Below the pieces are notes generated by a model. That model was not told the origin of the DNA, made no database searches, and saw only the letters and a list, made by a program, of their open reading frames with translations. Both the position numbers and the translations under genes were made by a program. A DNA stretch of 63,023 bases, counting the filler, from Circinaria calcarea (Eukaryota): the NCBI GenBank assembly GCA_051942165.1. It is 28 parts of 28 records of this genome, joined end to end, with 100 filler letters (N's around TTAATTAATTAA, not from the genome) between each part and the next. Parts side by side here need not be neighbours in the genome. Positions count along the whole stretch, not along the records: positions 1 to 2,168 come from JAVECS010003810.1; positions 2,269 to 4,434 come from JAVECS010003811.1; positions 4,535 to 6,699 come from JAVECS010003812.1; positions 6,800 to 8,962 come from JAVECS010003813.1; positions 9,063 to 11,224 come from JAVECS010003814.1; positions 11,325 to 13,484 come from JAVECS010003815.1; 22 more parts are not named here. One strand, given 5' to 3'. This document shows, piece by piece, positions 1-12,723 of this stretch. Position 1 is the first letter of the stretch; every line of letters starts with the position of its first letter.

Positions 1-19
1 TCCTCCATACTCCATCATG

Positions 20-2144
20 CTACCGTAACCCCAGCAGCCTCTTCGAGTTGTCATACACCACGTACGAAATACTAACTGCGGGTACGACCTTGAGCAGATT
101 CGGCGTGAGACCCTTGTATAAGCCCCTGTATCCTTCCCCCCGTACCGTCTTCACCGTGACATCCCAGATCCCCGTGTACGTCGGCGGATGAATCGCAGTA
201 CCCTGGCTCTGCAGCCGAGTCCGGAGTAAGTTGAGCGGGTACACCAATGTGGCGCCGAGGCTGCCTGCGAAAGCGCCAATAAAGGCTGTCATAATGTTAC
301 CGGGCGCGGCACTTTCTTCGCTGCAATTTCGAATGCGAGCGTTGCGGGTGGTGATGAATTGTTTGAGGTAGCTGAAGGTGGTGAGGTCGATGGCACTGTA
401 GGGAAATACGCCAACGAGGCCCATGGGGAGGCCACGGTAGAAGGAGCGGATGCCATTGGTGTACCACATTCTGCGGGCAGTGGTAAGGATGAGGGCATTG
501 CCGTGCTGGCCGCCTTGGACGGTTTCACATTGCATGCGGCTGAGACAAATGTTAGTTTTTCCGCATGGCCACAGAGCTCGGACGGATGGTTATACAATTT
601 TAACGTGTCAAGTGGGTATATGGAGAATCTAAGATTTGATTAGCACGTGAGGTGATATCGTTTAATAGGCCTACTGACTGGGACATCATTCCACCGAATC
701 CAGCGGCAAGGAACTGTGATGGTGCCCCGAGTGCCTTGGGATCATCATGCCCTTGAAACTTCGCCATGGCACGTTTGCTGCCCTAGACGCATTTTATCAG
801 CGAAGCACAATGGTTATATTAAGCTATAATTACTTCAAATGATCCAAACTTGATAGCTGATTCGGGCATGATTTTGACCACATTGAGACCATTGCCTAGA
901 ATATCAGAAAGCATACTCTGATAGTATGTTTATTCTCACCTGCAAACAAGCTTCGGAAACCGCCCATCCGCCACAATGTTCTCGCTGCGTCGATAAGAGG
1001 TCTTGCGGCTACTTTCGTTGCCTGTACAGGAGCTCCAGACTTGATAGCATGCACGGTTTCATCTTTCACCCCAGTCTGCGCAATGAGGTACACCTTCAGC
1101 CGATCCAATGGAGCTGTCGCAGTTCGAGATACGACGCCAGCTACACCACCCGCCACGAAGTAGCCTGGATCAGGCAAAATATCCGTCAGCAGTCTAGTTT
1201 TTTCTACTACGTCTATTCTCTCTGGTATGGCTTCCAACCAAGCAGACATGGTACTTTTGGGCGAGACCTCGCCCGGATCCCACGGGAATGAGTTTGGTTG
1301 CGAGTCCTTGTGAACTTTTTGAGCTTCTGGCCGTTCTAGCGGCTTTGAGGCCTGACTGGAGAACTGCTTGGATCGAGGGGGTGTAGCAATAGCGATAAGA
1401 CTGCCAAAAAGAATTCTAGAAAGAGAGGATTTACCTAAGCCGTCAACTGTATCGTTTGATATTTGTACGTCCCCCTCTGGATTGAGCGAAAGTGTGGAGC
1501 TGTAATACGAAAGGACAGCTTTGAGCCCCGGTGTTTGAGCAGGTATGAAGAGTAGAAAATTCCTAATTCACCCATCAATAAACTGACCATCAAAAATTTG
1601 CATTCACTCTTGAACACAATACCTCCATTCATCAAAGCTAATAACCCCATCGTGGTTGGTGTCGACCTCTGAGAAAAACCGATCAAGCTTAGGCTTCGGT
1701 ATGATGAGACCAGCTCTCTGAAATGCGGTCTGAAGTTCCAATTTATCAAGGTGGCCGTTTTGGTCGCGGTCAATGCTCTTGAAAAGTTGCCATAACTCTT
1801 TTTCAGTCTGCTTCACGAATGCACGGAACTCTGCACAAACGCATCAGAGCTGCAACGTTGTGGTGCTCATTACCAGGGCATACCAGAGAATTGTATGCGT
1901 CCGTCTTCATTTGTATCGACCGCCTTCAGTACATCATCAAGGAGGCTGTCGGCGTTGTGTAAAGCTACATCAGTCATCAGCTGGCGGTGAGTGAATACTG
2001 GCTTGACGCAGGCTCACGATGATTAATCCTGCGCAATCCATTTTTCAAGCCCTCGCGATCCAATTGACCCTCCTTGCCGGAGTCCAACTTTCTCCAAAGC
2101 TCCTCCACTCTTGCATCTTGCTGTTTCTGCGGTTCCCCGTCCAT
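20..2144 (-). CDS. SAL1: Calcium-binding mitochondrial carrier (ATP-Mg/Pi carrier, SCaMC/Sal1 type), multi-exon, apparently complete
   Basis: ATG at 2144 (MDGEPQKQQDARVEELW...). EF-hand exons (DRDQNGHLDKLEL, DTNHDGVISFDEW) are followed by carrier repeats with the PxD/NxxK/R signature (TAPLDRLKVYL, YPLDTLK, YPLNLLRTRLQ). Introns are GT-AG and the stop is at 20-22. Confidence 0.9.
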
Positions 2145-2168
2145 CACAAGCAACAGAGCATTATCACC

Positions 2169-2268
2169 NNNNNNNNNNNNNNNNNNNNNNNNNNNNNNNN
2201 NNNNNNNNNNNNTTAATTAATTAANNNNNNNNNNNNNNNNNNNNNNNNNNNNNNNNNNNNNNNNNNNN
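2169..2268. other. Artificial contig-joining spacer (44 N + TTAATTAATTAA + 44 N); 27 copies split the window into 28 contigs
   Basis: Identical 100-bp spacer at 2169, 4435, 6700, 8963, 11225, 13485, 15745, 18004, 20262, 22520, 24777, 27033, 29289, 31543, 33797, 36050, 38302, 40554, 42805, 45055, 47304, 49552, 51799, 54045, 56290, 58535, 60780. The 12-mer gives stops in all six frames, and contig lengths fall steadily from 2168 to 2144 bp. Confidence 0.99.
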
Positions 2269-2654
2269 CGCAGTACCGGTATCCCCCTCTTTAGGGAGGC
2301 CAGCTTGTCCGCCATGGTGAGGTATATTGATGAAGGGCCGACGACACCTCCTCCGGCACCGGAGAGCAGGATCGCTGCTGTTTTCGCACTTTCCCCACCC
2401 TGTTGGCTGTGGGGAAGGTGGAGGAAAGCGGGAACCGTACCGTCGGGGCCATCTTCGACTTTGATGTTGAGAGGTTTGACCTCGCAGACCTTCTGTGGAG
2501 ATGGATGGTTAGGCGGATGGGATAAGTCAGGGTAGTCGGAGATCTTGGCGGGCTTTGTGGCTGCTGTGGCGCCGGAGGACGAGAGGGACGTTTTGTTAGA
2601 CGCCATGGATTTGAGATTACTGGAGACTACTTTCATGAACGAACGAAGCTTCAT
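2269..2654 (-). CDS. Alpha/beta-hydrolase-fold protein, N-terminal part (truncated by contig end)
   Basis: ORF with VPAFLHLP...TAAILLSGAGGGVVGPSSIYL, typical of a conserved fungal alpha/beta hydrolase family. Confidence 0.65.
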
Positions 2655-3743
2655 CGGACGACTTCAGCTGCATTTAATGCACCTACGATAAGCAAACGCA
2701 AAGACAGTCTTTCTACAAAAACAGCCGTCAGGATGATGTCACAGCATCGGTATGGGAAGGACACGTCCCCCCTCGGACACCTTCAACCTTTATCCTTCTC
2801 TCTTCGTACTACCACCTAATCTCTTTTAATACCTTCATTTTCACCCTTAGATATCATACCAGCCCTCTCTGCTCCTCTAAACTCCGTTTTCCCCTTTCAT
2901 AACATCCTTCTCAATTCCTCACATAACACCTTCATCTCCAAGCCTCCCCTTGTCAACTAACAACTAACTAGTCAGGCTTGCTGTATCTCGTTTTGCTCAC
3001 CCAGTAGGAGAAGTGTTGTCTTTTCTCCTTACTTTGTTCCGTCTTTCCCCTCTCATGCACCCTATCTTGTTGCGGCGGCACATTCATACTCTAGCATCTG
3101 ATGATATGTTGCAGGTATATAGGAGCTCTTGTAGACCAGGCAGAACGGCAAGGGAGACGGCAGACACGTGGAGTTTTAAAGCAGAAAAACAAGACAGCCA
3201 ATCTTACGCAGGCAAGGGTCACGACGTGATAGCCAGGGAAGAAGCAGAGCGAAATGTGACGTTCGACAAATATGACGAAAAAGGAAAGTGTTCAACGAAT
3301 GAGGTCAAACCGAATTTTGCATGTTCCAGGGGTCAAAGGGGCCTTCCTTGTAGAGTAGATGTCGTAAAACGATCCAGAATCCGTCGGCCAAATTGAGAAG
3401 CTGGAGGAGCGCAGGAATCTGTACCGATACTTGACCAATGCAGCATTAGCATACCGGCTATACTGATATGCTTGAGAGACATCAAAGGTCCATGCCAAGC
3501 AAGTGTGCATGAACCGGTAGGTGAAGATCGCGGTGAGCATGCATGGGCGATAATGGATAAGCCAAATAGATACGCGGAGGGGAGGAGGGAAGCTGAGACT
3601 TTGAAGCTTTGGTATATCACATTACGCGTTCTCATCATAAAATTCCCTTAATCAACATCCTTTGTACCTGATTCTCATTGTCTTGTAGTTAGGATGATGA
3701 AATGCATAGTCGAATGCGGCGAATTCTTAAGTTTTATCATACA

Positions 3744-4434
3744 TTACTTGCTGGTGAAAGCACAAGTACCCATATCCATCTTTTCCACAGGCCCCGACTT
3801 GGGACTAATGTCAAATGAGAAGATATCCAGTGGTACACCAAGCGTCATGCAAGCGTTTGGAATCTGTACGGGTCTGTCAGGCAGGAAATAACCTTTTAAG
3901 CATACGCGACTTTACTCACATCTACCAAACCCGCGACATGACCCTGAATCGGAGCGCAACTCAGTAACAGGTAGATTTGGTAATCGTCATACCCTAGCAA
4001 CATCAGTGACTGAGTGTCCCAATGGTTTATCTGTGAGGAACCTACCATATCGCTTTAAGTACTCGATACACCTCAGGGTTGCCTCGCGATAAGCAACCGT
4101 TGCGTCCAGATAGTGCTGTTTGCCGTGGTGGTCTACCGAGAAACCCTCAAAAGTAAGGTATCGGCCTGGACCGTAGTGCGGCTCCACAGGCCCAGGAAGG
4201 AACAATGGTGATTTCATGGCCAAATCGGCCATACCATTCTTCATCACATCGAACTTCACTGTGATAATACCGGCCATCTCAATCGCTCCGCAGAAAGAGA
4301 TTTCTCCGTCTCCTTGCGAGAAGTGAAGGTCTCCAACACTGAATTTTGCACCCTTGACGTGGATAGGTAGATAGACCTTGCTTCCCCGGCTAAGATTCTT
4401 GATGTCACAATTTCCGCCATGTTCTGGTCTTCCC
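3744..4434 (-). CDS. fmdS: Formamidase (acetamidase/formamidase family), C-terminal part, 3 exons
   Basis: GRPEHGGNCDIKNLSRGSKVYLP...VGDLHFSQGDGEISFCGAIEMAG; later exons read DYQIYLLLSCAPIQGHVAGLVD and IPNACMTLGVPLDIF, with TAA at 3744-3746. Confidence 0.92.
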
Positions 4435-4534
4435 NNNNNNNNNNNNNNNNNNNNNNNNNNNNNNNNNNNNNNNNNNNNTTAATTAATTAANNNNNNNNNN
4501 NNNNNNNNNNNNNNNNNNNNNNNNNNNNNNNNNN

Positions 4535-4682
4535 GGATAGAGGTTATTTGTCCCGGGGAAGATGAGATGGAATAGAGGTCGTCTTTTCCCAGGAGAGATG
4601 AGATGGAATAGGGGTCATCTTTTCCCAGGAGAGATGAGATGGAATAGGGGTCATCTTTTCCCAGGAGAGATGAGATGGAATA
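4535..4682 (+). repeat. 36-bp tandem repeat, about 4 copies (GATGAGATGGAATAGGGGTCATCTTTTCCCAGGAGA)
   Basis: Units are directly adjacent with no spacers; the first is degenerate and cut by the contig end. Confidence 0.9.
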
Positions 4683-4999
4683 CAAGCTGGCATGAGAAGA
4701 GCAGGGCCTACAGACAGCGAAAACCACCTCCGGAGTCTTTAGGATAGAAATGTACAACTTTATTTTTGCCGCCCCGGAGCCGAATTCTGCATATGCCATG
4801 TTCAACAAAAAGCTCGCCGCTCCCGTTTTCCCAAAAGAAAAAAGAGCGAACCCGTGGAAAATTCTCAAAGCGAAAATGCTCCCGTGCGCCATGCCCATAC
4901 CCGGTAACTTGGGGTGTGATGGACGCCGTACCTATAGCTGTGCAATCCCTATAGCAGGCCTCAACCCCAGTACTTGAAAACTTTCATTGTAAATGCCAA

Positions 5000-6699
5000 T
5001 CAATGCTGCTGCTGGTGATGATCCTCGTCGTCATGATGTAGCGTGACACTATTAAACTCTTCGAAAGGATCCGCCAGCTCTGCACCGGGTGTTGCCAGCT
5101 TGGAGTCCAGGGGAACGCCTTTGGCCCTACTGATGTCGACGCTGGCGCTCTCTTTGACGTTTCTAAAGTTCACCGTATCAATTGCTCGGCCTTGGTGCGG
5201 GATCATAGGAGGCTTCATGTGTCGGAGGAGTGCCCATTGGGTTGCGCGGAAGAACGGGTGGGTTTTGACGTCGGAGGCGCCTGCGCGAGAGCCGAGTCGG
5301 CGCATTTCATCCTTGAGGAGGAGTTTGCGGATAAGAGATTTACAAAGACTGAGTTGTTAGCGACGCTGGATTGCCAAGATAGCAGAGGTACATACTTTGA
5401 TATTTGGGGAGCTCCAGAATGCTCAGGGAACGGTACATCATCTCGTAGGATGTTTGCAAACGTCGCATTCCGGTTTTTGCCCTTGAAGGGCGTCGTACCG
5501 AACAGCATCTCATAGATTAGTATTCCAAGGGTCCACCAGTCGACGGCACTGGTATGTCCGTTGCCTTTGATGACTTCCGGAGCAATGTACTCTTCCGTAC
5601 CGACGAACGAGTTTGTACGGAAGTTGGCGATGCATGACTTGGTGTCTATTGTAGGCAGTGAGGTGGCAGTAGCTCCATTACGCCCAACAATCATCGTCGG
5701 AGCTCCTCCAGGATCCGACTGTTTTGATAAATCAAAATCCGACAACATTATATGTCCAGATTGATGTAATAATATGTCTAAGTATGTCAGCTGACTGTCG
5801 AAGATAGGCACGTGAGGATGCTTTACTTTCGGGCTTCAGGTCTCGGTATATGAAACCCATCAGATGCAGATATTCCAAGGCAGCAGTGACTTCGCCAGCG
5901 TAGAACCTGGCATCGTCTTCCGGAATACATTTCCCAGGTCGGGTTTGTAATGCTTTGGGGGCATTAGCAACGTGTCCTCGGGCCCTTTGCTATCACTGAC
6001 CTCGAAAGAATTCTCCACCGCTGCAATATTCCATACAAAGGTAAAGGTGGTCTTCTGACTGGAACGAATGATACAGGGTAACAATAAACGGATGGTTGCT
6101 AGTAGCAAGAATCTCCTGCTCGGCCAAGGCCCGCTTGATTTTGTTTCGCTTAATCATCTCGTTTTTGCTAAGGACTGGCAACCTTTAGCCTAAAGGATCT
6201 CGAGGCGAGAAAATGGTCATTACCCTTCATGGCGTATAGTCTGCTAGACTTCTTTTCCCGCACCAGGTATACTTTTCCCACATCACCTTTTCCGATCAAC
6301 TTGATCTTATCAAAGCTTCCTGGTCCGACCTCAACGTTCCTGACCTTGATTGAGTTTGAACTATACGTCCTCCTGAATGCGATTGACTGCCGTATTTGAC
6401 CTGGGCTGGGAACACCGTTCGCGTTTGGTATTGGTAGCAGATGCCCATTCGATTGATCGGGCATGCTTACTGGAGAATCGTTCAACTGTGGGCCGAGAGT
6501 CTCAATGCCGGTTTGTGCAGTTGCCGGTCTGTCTTCTGCCTTCCCGTCCGAGAAAAGTCCCTGAGCATTTGGCGCCGATGCGACTCTCCGGAGCTTTCTA
6601 GCCAGTTCTTCCTTGCCCTTTGCAGTAGCCTGATCATTGGCACCACTGACAGCCTCGACCTTGGTTTTCGGTGTGTCGGGTGGCGACGGAGGTACACTA
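5000..6699 (-). CDS. nrc-2: AGC-family Ser/Thr kinase (Nrc-2 / Fpk1-Kin82 flippase kinase), 5'-truncated, multi-exon
   Basis: [21 protein letters not shown]...[59 protein letters not shown]-terminal [11 protein letters not shown]. Confidence 0.93.
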
Positions 6700-7562
6700 N
6701 NNNNNNNNNNNNNNNNNNNNNNNNNNNNNNNNNNNNNNNNNNNTTAATTAATTAANNNNNNNNNNNNNNNNNNNNNNNNNNNNNNNNNNNNNNNNNNNNT
6801 CCATGCTGTCTGCTGCGGCACAAAGCGGATGATGGTGTTTGCAGGGAGCGAAGGGCGTTGGAAGTAAGAGGAGGGAGAGGAAGATGGGTTTGACGAGAGG
6901 CTGCCTAAAAGAGTGTCCCCAGGCGCGGGGCGTACGGAGGTGACAGAAAGATATCTCGGTGATACTGCTTTTGCCGTGAGTTGAGATCGCGATGTAAAAA
7001 GGCAGGGGATTGTGGAGTTCGTTCCTCGAGGGAGAATCTGCGCCGAGGACCGTCTGACAACCATGCATAGAGGCTCCATAACAGATAAGTGGGGAATTTG
7101 TAACTGAATATGGCTTGTCAGGATTTAGAAAATCCAAGATCAATTGAAAGACGTGGATGAGTATCTACCACACGACCTGTTAGTGGAACCACCATTGCAT
7201 TGAAGGTTATATAACTTGCTATGTTCTGCTGGCAGAAATATACTCTGCCAGTAATACGCTAGGCTCAATTAGGTGTTGCCCAAAACAACCTGCTATCCAG
7301 GAGGAATCAACCGTATTTCAACTCCATCCAAAGTTTCTCTAGGTCACGCTTGGGCGGTGATTTGGTTCACCCAAAGATCGACACTTCGTCTCATCCGCTC
7401 GGAGCATTTTTAGCCCTATCGGGTAGGTGATCCAATACATTTCACGATTTAGTTCTCCCACCGCCCTCGGTCAAGGAGTCACCCACTCGTATCATCTCCA
7501 GCGTGAGGGAGATTCAGCGCTAGAGGGCCTAAGAGTCTTTACTTAAGTTCATACTCTCGAGA

Positions 7563-8532
7563 ATGTCGGAATACTGGAAGTCTACCGTGAGTATATTACT
7601 TCCCCAGCTTATGATTGTGATGGCTAATTTCTCATGTAAAGCCCAAATATTGGTGCAAACACTGCAAAACGTATGTTCGAGATACCAAGCTCGAGAAGCA
7701 AAACCACGAGGCGACCCCCAAACATCAAGGCAACCTCAAACGCTTCTTGCGTGATCTTCATCGAGGTAACGAGCGGGATGAACGGGAGAAGCAGCGAGCA
7801 AAGGATGAAGTCGCACGGCTCAATGGTACTGCGGCTGGGATGTCTGTAAGCTCCGTGGCCGGGTCGAAATCGATGACATCGCTTCTAAAGCCTTCCGTGC
7901 GGCCTCCGTCAACATGTCAACCCCAGCAAGCAACGCCTGCAGAGAGGAAGAAGCAGATGGCCCGTCTGGCTGAGCTGGGAGTGGCGGTTCCTGAGGAGTA
8001 TAGGAGAGAGATGGCAATGGCGGGCGAGTGGCAGACAACCTCAGAGAGATTCATTTACGATGATGTCAAGAAGGAGGAGGAATTGGAGGATGCCAAGCCG
8101 AATGGGCTCAATGTCGGGGTACGAAAGCGGAAGCACGACAAAGCGGAGGACGAGGAGCAGGAGGCTGGCGAGTCGGGGTCCCGGAAGAGTTGGGGCTTGA
8201 CTACCCGCACGTATCCTGGCGCACGAGAAGATGATGCTGATCTGGATACGCTACTATGCTTTACATCTACGGTGCATAAGAAGGAGCCTGCCGGATTGAG
8301 CAACAGCAGTACAGGTATGCAGCCGCATAGTATGCAGTCTGTCCAGACAAATAATAGCGGATCTCCAGACGTACCGTTCATCAAAGAAGAGAATTCTTTT
8401 GAGGGCGATAGTGAGATGTTGCCACTTGGTTCGACTTATGACGAATCCACTGTCAAGCACGAAGATGGCCTAGATGGTGTCAGCGTGGTGTTCAAAAAGC
8501 GGAAGCCCAAAACGATCCGGCAGAGAGAATAG
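7563..8532 (+). CDS. U1-type (matrin-like) zinc-finger protein, WBP4/FBP21-like, copy A (intron 7587-7641)
   Basis: The spliced N-terminus MSEYWKST|PKYWCKHCKTYVRDTKLEKQNHEATPKHQGNLKRFLRDL is the U1 zinc finger; the C-terminus is VFKKRK. Confidence 0.88.
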
Positions 8533-8659
8533 AGTTACTAGCATTCAGGCAAATAGTTGAGTCTATGATCCGGTCTCCCGATCCTGGCCCGGAGGCTGTG
8601 CAGGCTATACCTTTGCCTTCGTCATATTATGTTCGGGTATGAGCTTCAAAGTAACAGCT

Positions 8660-8962
8660 TCTCGGCCAGCTTATTATTAATAAGAACTTAATATAGGATC
8701 TCCACGATAAATTAAATTAAAATTTTAAATTAGATATTATAAAGAATGGTAAACACGAATTCCAGCCGGAGCAGCTTAAAAAAATAATTCATAAAACCCC
8801 GTTATAATAATTATTGAAAATCATTTAATAAGAATTCGAAATTAATTTAAATATCCTTAAATAATTCAAATTTTATGTTAAACCCCCGTGATAGGAATCA
8901 TCTCACACGGTGATCGCAATAACAAAAAAAATAAACGGTTAAAAATCATTAAAATATTATTC
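8660..8962. repeat. Very AT-rich, RIP-like degenerate repeat remnant
   Basis: Abrupt switch to AT/TpA-rich sequence with residual CCG/CGG and few CpA/TpG, running to the contig end. Confidence 0.6.
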
Positions 8963-9149
8963 NNNNNNNNNNNNNNNNNNNNNNNNNNNNNNNNNNNNNN
9001 NNNNNNTTAATTAATTAANNNNNNNNNNNNNNNNNNNNNNNNNNNNNNNNNNNNNNNNNNNNTAGATCTAATGCTCAATGTTCTACCTAGAACTGTTTTT
9101 CTAGATTGAAAGTGCATGGTACTGATTCGTGGTTGTTTTCGTTTTGTAG

Positions 9150-11194
9150 GTACCTGGCTTATTACTTTCCCTTTCTGAACTGGATCATCCAGTACAAATG
9201 GGCCTACTTACAAGGCGATGTCATTGCCGCGCTGACAATGGCCTCCTTTTATATCCCAATGTCCCTGTCATATGCTTCAAACCTAGGCCACATCCCCCCT
9301 ATCAACGGACTCTATTCGTTCGTCTTCAATCCTTTGGTGTATGCCTTCTTTGGGACCTGTCCACAAATGGTCGTCGGCCCTGAAGCAGCTGGTTCGCTCC
9401 TCGTCGGTTCGGTCGTCCGGGATAGTGTTGATGCTGGACACGCGGGTGATGATGATGGTATGATGCATGCTCGGATCGCTGGAGTAGTTACAGGTATGGC
9501 GGGGGCTATCATACTCATCGCCGGGTTGACCAGGTTGGGTTTTCTGGATAGCGTGCTTTCGAGACCATTCCTGCGAGGCTTTATCAGTGCTATTGGATTT
9601 GTCATTCTTGTTGATCAGCTGATCCCAGAGATGGGACTGGCACAAAGAGCCAAGGAGGTTGGCGGGATCAGTCATGGGAGCAGCTTGAATAAGTTAATTT
9701 TTCTATTCACGAACTTGCAGTTTGCTCACGGTCTGACTTGCGGGGTGGCCTTTGGCAGCTTCGCAGTCATTATGGTTTGTAGGTAAGTCTCGGATGTGAG
9801 AGCGAAGACCCCGGTTGGTTTGAGTGCTTTTTGAGACCGAGCATGGTTAGTTTCAAGGAAACTCTGCTAACCTTTTGAGATAGAGAGCTGAAGAGAAGGT
9901 TACAACCTCGATATCCTTGGGTTGCTTACATCCCTGATCGGTTTTTGGTTGTCGTCCTCTCTGCGGTCTTTACTTGGAAATTTGGTTGGGATAAACAAGG
10001 TCTTCAAATCCTTGGAAACGTCAGATCGAGTACGGGCAGCCCTTTTCCGTTTCATTGGCCACTCGTACCATCCTTCATGAAGCATGTCCGAGCAGCAATG
10101 AGTACCTCTTTCCTAATCGCCCTACTTGGTTTTTTCGAGTCATCAGTCGCCGCAAAAGCCCTGGGTACCGGCGGAAGTAAACCAGGAGAAGGTTTGCAAG
10201 GGGTTTCGCTATCCGCCAACCGAGAGTTGGTGGCCCTAGGTGTCGCCAACATCCTTGGAGGATGTTTCATGGCACTACCTGCCTTTGGTGGGTATGGCAG
10301 GAGCAAGGTCAATGCCGCGACTGGTGGGAAGACTCCAATGAGTAGTATTGTCCTCAGTCTGATTACTATAATCTGTACTCTCTTTCTCCTCCCTTACTTC
10401 TATTATCTGCCTGTAAGTACTAGCCTGTTGCCGGATATGGAACTCCCTTATTGATATAAACACAGAAAGGTGTTTTGAGCGCCATGGTGAGCGTTGTGGC
10501 GTACTCACTCATCGAAGAATGCCCCCACGATATCAACTTCTTTATCCAAATACGTGGATGGTCAGAATTGGCCCTTATGTTCCTCATATTTGGCGCTACG
10601 ATCTTTTATTCTTTACCTCTCGGAGTCGCTCTGGGTATGGGCCTCTCAATCCTTTCGGTCATCAAACACGCCACGAAGCCGAGGATTCAGATTTTAGGGA
10701 AAGTACCCAATACAAATGACCAGTTTGAAAATGCGGAGGAGAATCCACAAGGACTTGATTTCATTGAGGGGTGCTTAATTGTCAAGATACCTGAACCGTT
10801 GACCTTTGCCAATACTGGAGATTTAAACAACCGGCTTCGTCGCCTTGAGCTATACGGTACTACTTCGGCTCATCCGGCTCTTCCGCGGGTCCGGTCTGAG
10901 ATGCATAACCAAAATGTAATATTCGACGTACATGGGGTTACGGGGATGGACGGGTCCGGTGCACAGGTCCTGTCAGAAATAGTGGATGGCTATGTCAGTA
11001 GAGGGGTTCGAGTGTTCTTCTGCCGGGTCCCAGGTCCCCAAACCCCGGTGTTCAAGTTATTTGAGAAAAGTGGCATTGTGAAGAGGTGTGGTGGGCCGCG
11101 ACATTTTGTCAAGAGTGTTGAGGAAGCACTGAAGATGACGGAGTTGGAGAGTCTAGACGATTGGGATAGAGATCACCCCGATCATGGCGGATGA
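9150..11194 (+). CDS. SulP/SLC26 sulfate-anion transporter with STAS domain, 5'-truncated, multi-exon
   Basis: GDVIAALTMASFYIPMSLSYA, GTCPQMVVGPEA, NRELVALGVAN...PAFGGYGRSKVN, and STAS region KIPEPLTFAN...IFDVHGVTGMDGSG. Confidence 0.92.
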
Positions 11195-11324
11195 GGGAGT
11201 GGTATACTGGACTCTCTATTAGCGNNNNNNNNNNNNNNNNNNNNNNNNNNNNNNNNNNNNNNNNNNNNTTAATTAATTAANNNNNNNNNNNNNNNNNNNN
11301 NNNNNNNNNNNNNNNNNNNNNNNN

Positions 11325-11761
11325 GGAGACGGGCGCGCGGTAGAAGGGGAAGATGAAAATTCTAAAGACTTGGTGCAGGGTGACGTAACGTGTTAGGGTC
11401 GAGGGATCGTAGGCTAGGCATGTCAATCTAGTTCTTGCGTCTTATGAGTGACACTTCGGATGAGAACCCCTACCGACACTATCAACCGACAGCTCGATGC
11501 GCGGACTCATGATCTTGTACCACCGGTATATGCACCATATCAGCCACCTCGAGCCATTGAAGCTGCCGGTCCGGCAAAAGGGATGCGTAAAGGAGGCGTC
11601 GCGGGTAAAGTATTTTTCAATGGTCGCCCTTTGAATGGAGGGAGGGGATTGCGTGAGGGCATGGATTACTTGGGGAATTTCGGCAACTGGATTGAGTGGG
11701 GAGGGAGTCAGTAGGAGCGTGGATTGGTTGAGAAAGGGGGGAGCTTACCTGGGTCTTCCAT
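11325..11761 (-). CDS. Conserved fungal hypothetical protein (NTF2/SnoaL-like fold predicted), 3 exons, 3'-truncated; missed by the ORF track
   Basis: Manual splicing at canonical GT-AG introns gives MEDP|VAEIPQVIHALTQSPPSIQRATIEKYFTRDASFTHPFCRTGSFNGSRWLIWCIYRWYKIMSPRIELSVDSV|AYDPSTLTRYVTLHQVFRIF, with no stops. Confidence 0.8.
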
Positions 11762-12723
11762 TGCGGGAGGTAGAGGAGTGCCGGCGTTGGAGCTGGGGAT
11801 GTGGAAGAACTCAATTGATGAGTATAGAATGACCGGTGGACGATGGAGTAAAATTGCTTCTATGTTTCGTCAACAGCTAGAATACGTAGGATGTCAGGGA
11901 GCACATTCATTAGATTACCTTCCTTATTGCTTTCACATGTCAGTGATGTCAGTTTTATTCTCCATTTGCTGTGGTCAGCTTTTATACATGCATAAATTCA
12001 TAAAATTACTACGGTCACCTGTAGGTACGAGGCTTGCGGGGGATGTGAATCCGCGCTAGTATGTTCCCCCTACGAGGCCACGACCACTGTTGACTACAAA
12101 ACTCACAGAGCACTATGAACGTCGAGTACAATCTACATGGTACCAAATGCTTACGAGGTAGGAGTCTTGTCGAATGGAATCTGTAGAAGGGGGCTTGTAC
12201 TGTTCTTAGCCTTCCGTGTCTGTGGCGCTCTACCACATCAGTGTACTAACGGGACAGTCAAGAGATGCTGAGTGTATTGCGGTGCATGGATCAAATTTCT
12301 CGACCGTTATATGACCTTCCACACATCTAATCTCTGCTGAAAGTGTCTCCTGAAACACCTCGTAGCATCTCTACCTGTTTGAATCGCAAGCTTACACCTA
12401 TAGTCTGTCTTTGCGGAACAGCCATTTCTATTGCTTATACACTGATAACATTAACTGTCGATTTGTTATACCAGCTCCGCCGATCCAGAAGCTCCGAAAA
12501 GCCAGGCGAAGAAGTATATTCAACAAGCTTCACCAGGCCATGAGGGCAGGATAATGATGTACGACCATGACTGCTTCCAGTGTCTCACTCCGTAACCTAT
12601 GGACTTCGCGGAGTATAAGCAGGGCATTAAAAGACGAAGGCTTGGTATTGATCGGTTGATGAAGAACGACCTTCTAAGGCCTTCAAGAAACAGTCTCGCA
12701 TACACCAACGGTAGGGGAATCCA

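Noticed and set aside
4535..4682. 36-bp repeat as a CRISPR array
   Set aside because: Units are contiguous with no unique spacers, there are no cas genes, and the DNA is eukaryotic.
6744..7143. ORFs at 6744-7143 and 17715-18059 as proteins
   Set aside because: Pyrimidine-rich leader-like sequence with no recognisable motif; more likely the 5' UTR of a gene starting at the contig end.
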